The notes below the pieces were generated by a model that was not told where the DNA came from, did not search any database, and saw nothing but the letters and a program-made list of their open reading frames with translations. From an uncultured Rivularia sp. (GTDB lineage Bacteria; Cyanobacteriota; Cyanobacteriia; Cyanobacteriales; Nostocaceae): a DNA stretch of 64,000 nt. The DNA is taken from assembly GCA_963665115.1 (NCBI GenBank), contig OY762007.1, positions 5,152,001 to 5,216,000 of the forward strand. The letters run 5' to 3'. The position numbers and the translations under genes were made by a program. The stretch's first letter is position 1. Every line of letters begins with the position of its first letter. Below are positions 11,407 through 21,432 of the stretch, one piece after another.

Positions 11407-11435
11407 AATATATCTCAAACTATTTAATTAGTCAA
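11407..11435 (-). promoter_or_regulatory. Sigma70-type promoter of yfr2
   Basis: TTGACT-N17-TATATT ending 7 nt before GTGTGAGG. Confidence 0.75.
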
Positions 11436-11672
11436 TAGCTGTTATAAAACTTTATAATATTTTAATTTATGAGGAAGCACCGAACGAATAATATGCGTAA
11501 AAATAAGCAGCGTCTTGAGAGGGGTTGGGAGTTAGGAGTTAGGAATTATGAGTTAGCAATGATTAAGAACAACTGTAGTGGGAGCATCTTGCTCCCTCGT
11601 TGCCTCATTACCTGATGCTCCATAGCCAATTATCTATGCCCAATGCTCCATGCCCAATCCCCAATCCCCAAC

Positions 11673-12497
11673 TCACAATTCTAACCAAGCCGATATACCC
11701 AATTTTTCTTCAAGCAGAAACCTTAACACCGACTGAGTTGTCATGAGCAATCCAATTCTAGCCATCACAAGTTCTGGTGAAGTACTTTTTAAGTCGTCGT
11801 GAATGCGACAGGATTTGCAAAAACCTTCAAACGCTCGTACTAAACTAAATGCTGCTGCTTCCCATCTAATCGGACGAGCAACGACTGGCTGTAATTCATC
11901 TACAATTCTGACCAAATTGCCAACTAAGCACCGTTCGGCTTGATGATTCAAACGAAGTTGTCCATCACTTTTAAGCCAAGGTATGGGTTCAGAAGAATAT
12001 TTATTCAAGTCAATATTAAAGTCAACTAATTTTTCTTGTTGTGCCAATCTCAACAGAGAACAGCAGCGTGCATGAACGTATTGAATAGAAAATACACAAT
12101 CGCCCGAACCGTCTTCTAAAGCACATAAGTTAACTTGACTTCCTTTTACACTGCCATTTTCATCAATAAAACCTTGCAACCAAACAGCTATAAGTGAGTC
12201 AGTGACGTGGATCTGAATCAAACCAGAAGGTAAGACTTCTACCATTAAATAAGCGTTCAAATCTGCTGATAAGCAAGAAGCGATTGAACTAGCTATGGGA
12301 AAAGTCTGGGAATTATGAGATTTCGAGAGGTGAAACGCTATACCTGATATATAAGATATTTTAATATCACTTTTGCCTTTGGATAGAGGAATATCTTTTT
12401 TTTCTATATATCTATTTTCTTCTGACCGAGCATAAATACTCATTGCTCTAGTCAAATAACCGTATATTAGCTGGATTATTGCTGTGTATTTACTCAC
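11673..12497 (-). CDS. Stand-alone DALR anticodon-binding domain protein
   Basis: FSIQYVHARCCSLLR and ARIGLL...LG motifs, with no ArgRS catalytic domain. Confidence 0.8.
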   Translation of the reverse strand: MSKYTAIIQLIYGYLTRAMSIYARSEENRYIEKKDIPLSKGKSDIKISYISGIAFHLSKSHNSQTFPIASSIASCLSADLNAYLMVEVLPSGLIQIHVTDSLIAVWLQGFIDENGSVKGSQVNLCALEDGSGDCVFSIQYVHARCCSLLRLAQQEKLVDFNIDLNKYSSEPIPWLKSDGQLRLNHQAERCLVGNLVRIVDELQPVVARPIRWEAAAFSLVRAFEGFCKSCRIHDDLKSTSPELVMARIGLLMTTQSVLRFLLEEKLGISAWLEL

Positions 12498-12813
12498 TAG
12501 TAGCTTTTAATGCACATAAGATACTGATGACAACACTGTAAACCCAGAAACATTGATTTTATGTCATCCGTCTTAAGACATATCTTTATATTCGGTCAAA
12601 GAATATTAGAATTGCATAAAATTTAGTGAATTCTGGGTAAACTTTACTACAAACATTGTACAGTAAGAGTATAACAAAAGAGTAGAAGCGATAGTATTCT
12701 ACCTTTTGGATAGCTGGCAGCGGCGGTTACACGCTTAAGTTGGCCTTTCACAAAGACACTCCTTGCACCTTTTTATGTCGTCTTTGTCTTCAGCCGAACG
12801 CTCTTTGTTACCT

Positions 12814-13533
12814 ATGCAATCTCCATCCTCTTTCTCCGAGGCATCACGTCCTTTTTTAACTTGGCAACGAATTCTTGATTGGGCACAAGAACACTATCGC
12901 TGCCGCACCTTTAGCAAAGATGAGCGAATTCCAGCTAGACCTGGATTGCTGTATTTGGTGCAAAGGGGTGCGATCCGCATGGTGGGAACCGCTCAAGTGA
13001 GTGCCACTGCTTCTCAATTAACGTCTCGCCGGATTAACAGAACTCCTGAAGAAGCATTCTTGGGTTTTGTCGGTGCGGGACAGCCATTTGAAATTGTTGC
13101 TCAATCACCTTTTACGTTGCAGTCATACGCTCATGTTGACCAAACAGCAGTGTTATGGATGTACTGGCACGATTTAGATAATTGGCCTCATTTTCGCCGC
13201 GAAGTTATGGATGCCTTTAGGTACCAACACCAGCGTAAACTACTGTGGTTAAGTGCCTTGGGACAGCGACGCACCATCGATCGTCTTTTAGGATTCCTCA
13301 CTTTATTAATTGAGGAATACGGAGAACCAGCGATGAGCGAAAATGACCCCGAAGTAATTCATGGGTATTGTCTGCCCTTCCCCCTCACTCATGCACAAAT
13401 AGGCAGTGCAATTGGTTCGACTCGCGTCACCGTAACTCGCCTAATGGGTAAGTTGCGCCAACGGGGTCTAATCCTTACTCAAGGGGATAATTTAATCTGT
13501 TTGCCAGCAGAGTCAATTAGTAAAGCGAGCTAA
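12814..13533 (+). CDS. Crp/Fnr-family transcriptional regulator
   Basis: LTHAQIGSAIGSTRVTVTR HTH. The start could also be 12763 or 12775. Confidence 0.9.
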   Translation: MQSPSSFSEASRPFLTWQRILDWAQEHYRCRTFSKDERIPARPGLLYLVQRGAIRMVGTAQVSATASQLTSRRINRTPEEAFLGFVGAGQPFEIVAQSPFTLQSYAHVDQTAVLWMYWHDLDNWPHFRREVMDAFRYQHQRKLLWLSALGQRRTIDRLLGFLTLLIEEYGEPAMSENDPEVIHGYCLPFPLTHAQIGSAIGSTRVTVTRLMGKLRQRGLILTQGDNLICLPAESISKAS

Positions 13534-13562
13534 TATGTACCGGCTTGTCGGCAGCGAGGGTG

Positions 13563-14639
13563 TTAGCGAATTCTTACAAACCCACTTTGGGTAATGAGTT
13601 CCTGTCCTTGCTGAGTCCGTAAAAAGTCGGCATAAGCAACACCTGCTTGTTGTTCGGTTTGCCCGTTTTGTTTGACCACCACGAACAAATTTCGGGTAAT
13701 CGGATACTTTCCAGATTGAAAAGCCTCAATGTTCAATTTGTTGCGCGATCGAGGACATTCTTCAGGGAGGATGAATGGTTCTTGGTAAGGAGCAACGTAT
13801 TTCCCTTGCGTTCGCCCCAACGGCAAGGGTTTGATTGAACATTGAGGTACGACTTCTGGGGCAGAAGCGTAATAAATACCGCCAGGACTAATTGCTACTT
13901 TTCGTAGCGCTTGGGTGGTGGTGGATATAAGTTCCACCGTTGAAGCCATAGGCTGACCACCCAAAACATCTTGGACAAATAGTTCTACCGTACCGCCATC
14001 ACTGATGCGCCGTGAGTAGGCTTGGATTGGTATATTGGCACCACCTACCTGGCTCCAATTAGTTATTTTGCCAGTGTAAATTGACTTTAACTGTTCTATA
14101 GTTAATCCCGGAACGTTTATTTTAGGATTGACAGCTACTGCCAATCCATCTATAGCTACAGGAATTTGTTGGAGAGTGAATCCCCGTTGCTTAGCACGGC
14201 TTAATTCATTATTTAGCAATGGTCTTGAAGACTGAGCAAACGCCAATCTATCGTTAATTAGCATTTCTATACCAGAACTGGAACCAGCCGTACTATTTAA
14301 AGGTTGTACGTAGCGCAGACGAAAATCTTTTTGGGAAGCCTGAATTTTTTTATCTACTATTTGTCTTATTGGTGCCCAAGAGGTACTTCCACCATAATTA
14401 AATAATCCAACAGGAATATTTTCTACAGAAGCGAAAGTATTACCGCCTGTTCCCGATGTTGAAAGAGGAACTGCTGGTGTATTTAACGTATCCGAATCCG
14501 ATTTATTCTGTTGAGATTTGATAAGAGAAGTAATATTCGCACTACTATTTTTATTAAACCACCACCATCCACCGGCTATAAGTAAAGTGGTAATTAATAA
14601 AGATAAAATCAGAATTGGGGTTTCATTTTTCTGTGACAT
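13563..14639 (-). CDS. Membrane-anchored PstS-family phosphate-binding protein
   Basis: YGGSTSW, GSSSGI, QSSR, VAIDG and YPITR motifs; N-terminal TM helix. Confidence 0.85.
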   Translation of the reverse strand: MSQKNETPILILSLLITTLLIAGGWWWFNKNSSANITSLIKSQQNKSDSDTLNTPAVPLSTSGTGGNTFASVENIPVGLFNYGGSTSWAPIRQIVDKKIQASQKDFRLRYVQPLNSTAGSSSGIEMLINDRLAFAQSSRPLLNNELSRAKQRGFTLQQIPVAIDGLAVAVNPKINVPGLTIEQLKSIYTGKITNWSQVGGANIPIQAYSRRISDGGTVELFVQDVLGGQPMASTVELISTTTQALRKVAISPGGIYYASAPEVVPQCSIKPLPLGRTQGKYVAPYQEPFILPEECPRSRNKLNIEAFQSGKYPITRNLFVVVKQNGQTEQQAGVAYADFLRTQQGQELITQSGFVRIR

Positions 14640-14740
14640 TAGAAATAATTTATTTTAAATATTATTTGTGTTTTTTTTATAAACAGCTAATAGTCAATTG
14701 TAAGAAGGTAATTTAACTATTAGCTTGAAAAGATCGGACA

Positions 14741-15772
14741 TTATCTAATTCTGACAAATCCTGCTTCAGAAATCAATTTCTGACCTTCATCTGTGAGTAG
14801 TAAATTAGCATAAGCAATACCTGCTTGTTCGTCAATTTGGTCATTTTTCTTAACCACTACAAACAAGCGTCTAGTCATAGGATATTCGTCACTTCTAAAA
14901 GCGTCCACATTTAATTGATTGCGCTTTTGCGGACATTCCGAGGGTAGAATGTATGGTTCTTTATAGGGCGGAATCAATTTCGATTGCGTTCGCCCTATTG
15001 GCAAAGGTTTAATAGCACATTGTCCAACAACTTCGGGCGCAGAAGCATAGTATATACCACCATTGTTTTGAGCTACTTTTCTCAAACCCTCAGTAGTAGT
15101 AGAAATTTTTTCCACATTTTGACCGAACTCTTGTTTTTCCAAAATGTTATTGACAAAAAATTCAACGGTACCTCCTTCACTAATTTTAGAATAAGGTACT
15201 ATTTTTTGATTCTCTCCCCCAACTTCTTGCCAATTAGTAATTTTGCCCGTGTAAATATCTTTAAGTTGAGTTAAGGTAAGCCCCGGAATATTTAAGTTAG
15301 AGTTTACAGCAATCGCAATACCATCAATAGCAACTGGGATTTCTTCAAGTTTAAAACCTCGCTGTTGTGCTTGTTGGTATTCTTTATCTTTCACCGATCG
15401 CGAAGATTGAGAAAAAGCCAACTGGTTGTTCAACAGCATTTTGATGCCAGTACCAGAACCTGGGGCACCTGTAGTAGGATTTGTATAGCGGAGTTGGAAT
15501 TTAGGTAAAGCAGTTTTGATCGCAGCATCAGCTTCGGTGCGAATAGGTGCCCATGTAGTACTACCCCCATAGCTAAACAATCCAGAAGGAACTTGTTCGA
15601 CGGAAGCAAAGCTTTTCTCCCCTGATAGCAGGTTTGTGGGAGATTGGTTGTTTCCTAAAGAACCAAGTCGAATACCATAACTATTAGCCAACCACCAATA
15701 TACTCCACCTACTAAACCGAGAGTAATTAGTAGGGTTAAAACTAAAACCGTTGTCTCGTTTTTTTTCGCCAT
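14741..15772 (-). CDS. Membrane-anchored PstS-family phosphate-binding protein (paralog)
   Basis: YGGSTTW, GSGTGI, QSSR, VAIDG and YPMTR motifs. Confidence 0.85.
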   Translation of the reverse strand: MAKKNETTVLVLTLLITLGLVGGVYWWLANSYGIRLGSLGNNQSPTNLLSGEKSFASVEQVPSGLFSYGGSTTWAPIRTEADAAIKTALPKFQLRYTNPTTGAPGSGTGIKMLLNNQLAFSQSSRSVKDKEYQQAQQRGFKLEEIPVAIDGIAIAVNSNLNIPGLTLTQLKDIYTGKITNWQEVGGENQKIVPYSKISEGGTVEFFVNNILEKQEFGQNVEKISTTTEGLRKVAQNNGGIYYASAPEVVGQCAIKPLPIGRTQSKLIPPYKEPYILPSECPQKRNQLNVDAFRSDEYPMTRRLFVVVKKNDQIDEQAGIAYANLLLTDEGQKLISEAGFVRIR

Positions 15773-16339
15773 AGATGTAGCAATTGACAATAAGAAAGAA
15801 TAATAATTTAACTCCATCAGAACTATCTCTTACAGAGCTAAATAAAATTAGAAATAGATGCCCCTATAAATTAATGTTGATAAATAATCTATAGAAATTA
15901 TATACCTATAGATTAAATATGCTTTGTCTCTATCGCTTGAGGACATTGCCCGATCAAATCACAAGAAAGACATTTTATGTATACGGATTTTATGTTGAGT
16001 GCAATACATTTTAAAATAATATATCGCATTAGACTTGTAACTTCTATATCTAGCTTTCTTAGATTAAAATAAAGTCTTGAGTTTAATTTTTTAGACTACA
16101 AAAAATCATCAAAAAACTATAATATTTTAGTTAACAGTAATATATCTTGATAAAATATCGCGATTCAAGAACAAAGTTTTCAACTGATTAAATTTATAAA
16201 ATTTTTAATCTGTCAATAATGGTACATTTTTTAATCACCGTTCGTAGTTGATAATTACAGTTTATGTAACATAACTTAATACATGAATCGGAATCAAGCT
16301 ATTTAAGTTAATTAAAAGTTAAACAATATTTAAGGTTAG

Positions 16340-17749
16340 TTAAATAATTGAAGACAATATTTTATAGATAATACGAAATAATGATGTGAGAGCAACTGTA
16401 ATTAAACTTGCGGCTATTGATAAAACAATTATTTCTTGAATGCCAAGTTCACCTTGTAACAAGGGAATAAAAAATATAATTAATGAAGTAATCGCAGGGA
16501 TAATTACTAAATCCCACTTTTCAATCCATCGCCTGGTTTGAGCAAAAATAATAGCTCCTAAAATCACAGCACAAATAACAAAAGCAATCGGAGGTGATTT
16601 AAGCAAACTCAGAAAAGCGATGCAAATTAAAGCACCTTCAAACCCACTAAAAGCTGAACCAGCTAATAATTCCAATGTAGAAAACGTTTGTACTGGTGTG
16701 CTACTCGTTGACGGTTTTGGAAGCGGTGGGGGTGCTGGTTGCGATATTACTCGGGGCTGATGGTTACTAAGAGAAGTATCGGGTATGGCTTGCGCGGATT
16801 CGTCAAGTGCAATCAAAACTTCTTCTGCCGATTGAAAACGATGCAAAGGCGCACTGCGGAGCATTTTGTCTAAAATTTCGGCAACCTCAGAGCTAACACT
16901 TACTTTGTCTCGCCATTGTAACTGGTTGCTGTAGACATCAAATAGCTTGCTTACATCCTTTTGTCCGGTTAACAACAAGATAATAGTTACAGCCAAAGCG
17001 TATAAATCCGTCGAAGGAAATACTTGTCCTCCAGACATTTGTTCTGGTGGTGCAAATCCCAATGAATATATTCCCGTAGATGAATTCCCAGTACCACTTG
17101 GGCTGTTTGTCACTTGCTTGACTGCGCCAAAATCTAGTAAGAAAAGCTTACCGTTACGATGGCGCATGATGTTAGAAGGTTTGATATCCCGGTGGATAAT
17201 GTTTTTGTCGTGGACGAATTGCAATACCGGAAGCATTGAACGCAGTAAGAACAATATTTCTGCTTCGGAGAATTCCCCCCTACGCACTAATTCTTCTTCT
17301 AAATTTTCTCCATCAATATATTCCTGTACCAAATAGAAAAATTGGTGAGGTTGATTTGGCTGCAAGCTAGGAACTATAACAGGAAAAAAAGCAAATAAGT
17401 CAGGAATTTGACCGTGTTGCGAGCCAATATCTTCTAAAACCACTGCCTCTCTTTCAAATAAATCTTGTGCTAGCTGTAGCTGAGTTGGACTCAAATCGAC
17501 CGCTGGCAGAAACTGCTTTACCACGCATTGACGCATTCCTGGGGTATAGCGATCGCGCGATAAAAATGCTGCTCCGAAACCTCCTCTTCCAAGCAGCTTT
17601 ATAGGTAAATAGCGTCCGGCTAAAATTAAAGGCATCCCGCAAGCTCTACAGTATTTTTGCTGTGCCGTTCTTAGGGTTGCGTTATCATCTAAATCTACAA
17701 AATGGTTCTGCGGACGGGGACACTGGGGACGAGTGCAGTAAATTTCCAT
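16340..17749 (-). CDS. Hanks-type Ser/Thr kinase with N-terminal 4-Cys ribbon and C-terminal TM helices
   Basis: GRGGFG, HRDIKPSN, DFG and PPEQ motifs; CTRPQC...CRAC. Confidence 0.92.
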   Translation of the reverse strand: MEIYCTRPQCPRPQNHFVDLDDNATLRTAQQKYCRACGMPLILAGRYLPIKLLGRGGFGAAFLSRDRYTPGMRQCVVKQFLPAVDLSPTQLQLAQDLFEREAVVLEDIGSQHGQIPDLFAFFPVIVPSLQPNQPHQFFYLVQEYIDGENLEEELVRRGEFSEAEILFLLRSMLPVLQFVHDKNIIHRDIKPSNIMRHRNGKLFLLDFGAVKQVTNSPSGTGNSSTGIYSLGFAPPEQMSGGQVFPSTDLYALAVTIILLLTGQKDVSKLFDVYSNQLQWRDKVSVSSEVAEILDKMLRSAPLHRFQSAEEVLIALDESAQAIPDTSLSNHQPRVISQPAPPPLPKPSTSSTPVQTFSTLELLAGSAFSGFEGALICIAFLSLLKSPPIAFVICAVILGAIIFAQTRRWIEKWDLVIIPAITSLIIFFIPLLQGELGIQEIIVLSIAASLITVALTSLFRIIYKILSSII

Positions 17750-17954
17750 TGTTGGTCATAAGTCACGAGCAATTTGCCTGAAATTGCGAACTGTAAAGTC
17801 CGGCTTTAAGTAGTCCGACAGAAATATTTACACATACTATCTCGACAAAACACAAGGGTTAATAGTCGAAAAAAGTATAATTATTTTTGTCTTACTAATA
17901 AAGTCGGTGTCATATTCGCAGTTACTACTATGACAAAACACTTTTAACATCACT

Positions 17955-18965
17955 TTAACTTTCTTTAAAGTTGGATGCCTGTACTTCTAATGCATTTGCT
18001 GACAAGGAAGAATGTGATGCTTTTAACATATCTATATGCCACCCAGGAGCGGCAAACTGAGGCAGTATTTCTCGACTGAAGGCTTCTGCTGCTTTGGATC
18101 TGTATCGGTTGGGATTAAAAATTAACCACAGCGTCCGCTTCACAACCACGCTATCAATCGGAGTGAAGTGAAGAATTCCCATCTGTAACTCTTTGGCAAT
18201 AGCGCTAGTAGAAACAAAAGCAGCTCCCAAAGAAGATTGCACGGCATTTTTAATTGCTTCAATCGAATTGAGTTCCATTTCAATTCTTAAACGCCGCGTG
18301 TCGATATCGTGGCGTGTTAGCACTTGATCGATAACTTTGCGGATAGTAGATTGCGAATCTAAAGCAATAAACTGCAATTTGTATAGGTCTTCTTTTTGGA
18401 TGGTTTCGAGTTTGGTGAATGGATGATTTGCGGGTAAAATTAACGCCAACTCATCTTCGGCATAAGGAATTTTTTCTAATGAATCCGCTAATTCTCCAGG
18501 AATCTCACCACCGATAATTGCCAAATCGACTTGTCCGTTAACCACACTCCAAGCGGTACGACGAGTTGAATGAACGTGTAATTGCACGGCTACATCGGGA
18601 TATTTTTGTCGGAACATCCCAATCATCCGAGGCAAGAGATAAGTCCCCGTCGTTTGAGAAGCACCGACAATTAAAGTACCCCCTTGAAGATTTTGTAAAT
18701 CCTCGATGGCGCGACAAGTTTCTTGGCATAAACCAAGGATTTTTTCCCCATAGCTCAAAAGTAAGTGCCCAGCTTCAGTTAGCTGTGCCCGACGACCTCC
18801 ACGGTCAAATAAAGGCACATCCAACTGTCTTTCTAAATTTTGCACTTGCAAACTCACCGCTGGCTGGGAGACATAAAGACTGTCAGCAGCCCGCTTAAAA
18901 CTCCCTTCGGCGGCTATTGCTTTGAGTATTCGTAACTGATCTAAAGTAAAAGGAAGGTCAGACAT
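17955..18965 (-). CDS. rbcR: LysR-family regulator RbcR/Ycf30
   Basis: [39 protein letters not shown]-terminus is typical of Ycf30/RbcR. Confidence 0.85.
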   Translation of the reverse strand: MSDLPFTLDQLRILKAIAAEGSFKRAADSLYVSQPAVSLQVQNLERQLDVPLFDRGGRRAQLTEAGHLLLSYGEKILGLCQETCRAIEDLQNLQGGTLIVGASQTTGTYLLPRMIGMFRQKYPDVAVQLHVHSTRRTAWSVVNGQVDLAIIGGEIPGELADSLEKIPYAEDELALILPANHPFTKLETIQKEDLYKLQFIALDSQSTIRKVIDQVLTRHDIDTRRLRIEMELNSIEAIKNAVQSSLGAAFVSTSAIAKELQMGILHFTPIDSVVVKRTLWLIFNPNRYRSKAAEAFSREILPQFAAPGWHIDMLKASHSSLSANALEVQASNFKES

Positions 18966-19182
18966 AAGGCTTAACCCACGAATTTGTGCATAAGTAGTAT
19001 TGGTAACATTCGGACTTTCATAACTTTATTCTGACAAGGCATGAATGATAACAATGCGTATTAAACGGCGAGCGGCATTGCCCGAAAAAGACACTAACAC
19101 AACATCTTGACCAAAGTCCTCCGATAAAGACGAATGTGGTATTGGTTGTACTAGATTTAATTGTCTTTAAATTACTTTATCT

Positions 19183-19905
19183 ATGTATACTATTGTGCCG
19201 ACTTGGTTCACCTCCACTCATTGTGTCATGCTGGGGCTGTTATTGACTTTTGCAATTGCTCACAGCGGAGGAGCAGCCCTGCGGTCAAAAGCAGAAAAGC
19301 TCATTGGAGCAAGGCTTTATCGGATTTTATTTGCACTTGTCAGCTTGGTATTAGCTGTAATATTAATTGTTTACTTTTTTAACCATCGTTATGATGGCGC
19401 TCAGCTGTGGCAGGTACAAAATGTGCCCGGAATAAAGACTTTGGTCTGGGTATTATCGGCAATTTCTTTTGTATTTTTGTATCCTTCTACATTTAATCTA
19501 CTGGAAGTTGCTGCTATCTCCAAGCCAGAAGTTCACCTGTACGAAACTGGAATTATTCGTATTACCCGCCATCCACAAATGGTCGGACAAATCATTTGGT
19601 GCTTTGCTCATACTCTGTGGATAGGTACTACTTTTACATTAATTACCTCTATTGGATTAGTTGTGCACCATTTATTTGCTGTATGGCATGGCGATCGCCG
19701 TTTATATGCACGCTATGGTGAAGCTTTTGAAAAAGTAAAGCAACGTACTAGCACTATTCCTTTTGCAGCAATTATCGATGGCCGTCAATCTATCAAAGGT
19801 AAGGAATTTTTACGTCCTGCTTATCTTGGAGTTTCTTGCTTTGTACTTTTATTTTGGTGGTCTCACCCCTTTTTGTTCGACTTAACTAGTAGGGTAAGAT
19901 GGTAA
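19183..19905 (+). CDS. NnrU-family membrane protein (15-cis-zeta-carotene isomerase-like)
   Basis: HSGGAALR, YETGIIRITRHPQ and HGDRRL motifs. Confidence 0.85.
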   Translation: MYTIVPTWFTSTHCVMLGLLLTFAIAHSGGAALRSKAEKLIGARLYRILFALVSLVLAVILIVYFFNHRYDGAQLWQVQNVPGIKTLVWVLSAISFVFLYPSTFNLLEVAAISKPEVHLYETGIIRITRHPQMVGQIIWCFAHTLWIGTTFTLITSIGLVVHHLFAVWHGDRRLYARYGEAFEKVKQRTSTIPFAAIIDGRQSIKGKEFLRPAYLGVSCFVLLFWWSHPFLFDLTSRVRW

Positions 19906-20475
19906 AGCCCCACAACCCAAATACTTTCAGCAGCAAGCATTAGAACGCAAAAACATTGAAGTTTGAGGACTCATCTGTTGCGACCAATTCAATGTAGGAT
20001 AAATTCAAATAGTTATCAAAGATGGGTTACAATTTCCGTAAAAATAAGCTTGTTGCTTTCATAAACTAGTTAATTAGTCTAATCTGAGCGGCATCTTTAA
20101 ATAAAAAGCCGTGGTGCAAATATAATGGTTCCTTCTCAGAGGTGTTTTTTTAAGAAAGTAGAGATTAAATAGTATGAAGGTTGCTCTTATCATCTGCCCG
20201 TAAAAAACGAAGAATTAACGCCAGTTTTGTAATGGGAGGTTATATTGGATGACGGTAGCTTTGACCAAAAGTCGAAAATTTAAACAGCGATCGCTGTTTG
20301 TCATAACTACATGACAAAACTTCTAGATAAAAAAATAGATATTTTATACAAGTAAGTAATACTTCCTTGAGGACATACGAGTATAAAAGTCTATAAGTTG
20401 CTGTTGCCATGAAATTGCAGGCGCGATTTTTAGTAATGAAGTAATGAATGAAAACCATTAAGTTCAAGAGGCATC

Positions 20476-20874
20476 ATGGTGTTGTCGGTTAATGAACGTA
20501 CATTTACAAAAGAAGTTTTAGAATCTCAAGTTCCAGTTTTAGTTAATTTTGAAGCACCCTGGTGTGGCTTATGTCGCATCATAAAACCTTTATTATTGCA
20601 ATTTAAATCTCAATGTGGCGAAGAAATTAAGTTAGTTGGAGTCAATGCCGATGATAATTTTAAACTGTCTACCACCTACAGACTAAAAACTCTTCCCACC
20701 TTGTTGTTGATTGAAAACGGCATTGTCAGAAAGCGTTTAGAAGGCTTTAGCGGTAGAGAAGACTTATTTACAGCTTTGAGCGAAATGAAATACTGCTACA
20801 CGAATTTACCGCGAACTTACAGCAGTAAAATAGCAGCGGAGTTGGGTTGTCCCTCTATAAAGCTTGGTGCGTAA
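20476..20874 (+). CDS. trxC: Cyanobacterial atypical thioredoxin (c-type)
   Basis: WCGLC active site; position between nnrU-like and ndhF. Confidence 0.8.
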   Translation: MVLSVNERTFTKEVLESQVPVLVNFEAPWCGLCRIIKPLLLQFKSQCGEEIKLVGVNADDNFKLSTTYRLKTLPTLLLIENGIVRKRLEGFSGREDLFTALSEMKYCYTNLPRTYSSKIAAELGCPSIKLGA

Positions 20875-21432
20875 AGGAACATAGATATGTCCGTGTTTGA
20901 TTAGTTAGCAATCACGACTCTAGCTATAGATTTTTTTCCACAAGTAAAATTCAAGGCTTATACTAAATTTGTTTTTTGGTCAAAGAATTATCTTATGCTG
21001 ACCATAAAATAATTTTGAGCTAATACTGCATTATTTAATTGTGGGTGTTACAAATGCCTAAATATTAGGCAATTTTTTTTGATTGAGGAAGGTATTTAAG
21101 CTATATTTCCGAAGGGGTATACCACCATATCGGGAGTTTGAAAGCGTCTAATTGCTTTACATTGCAGCACTTTGCAACTGCTTGCATTATTAGTGAAAAT
21201 TAGCAATATGCTATCAGACTATTTTAATAACCCCACCCAAATACCCCTTGGGTGGGGTATTTTATCTAAAATTGTGTGTGTCACAATTATTAACAGTTCC
21301 AACTGGAACAACTGCGGCGCGGATGAATAATTGACGAAGGGCGCAGACTAATGCTCTGTCGCAACGAAACATTTTCTGCTTCGTAACAATGTTCTAATAA
21401 AAGTGAAAAATTCTAAAAGTAGGCATGACTAG

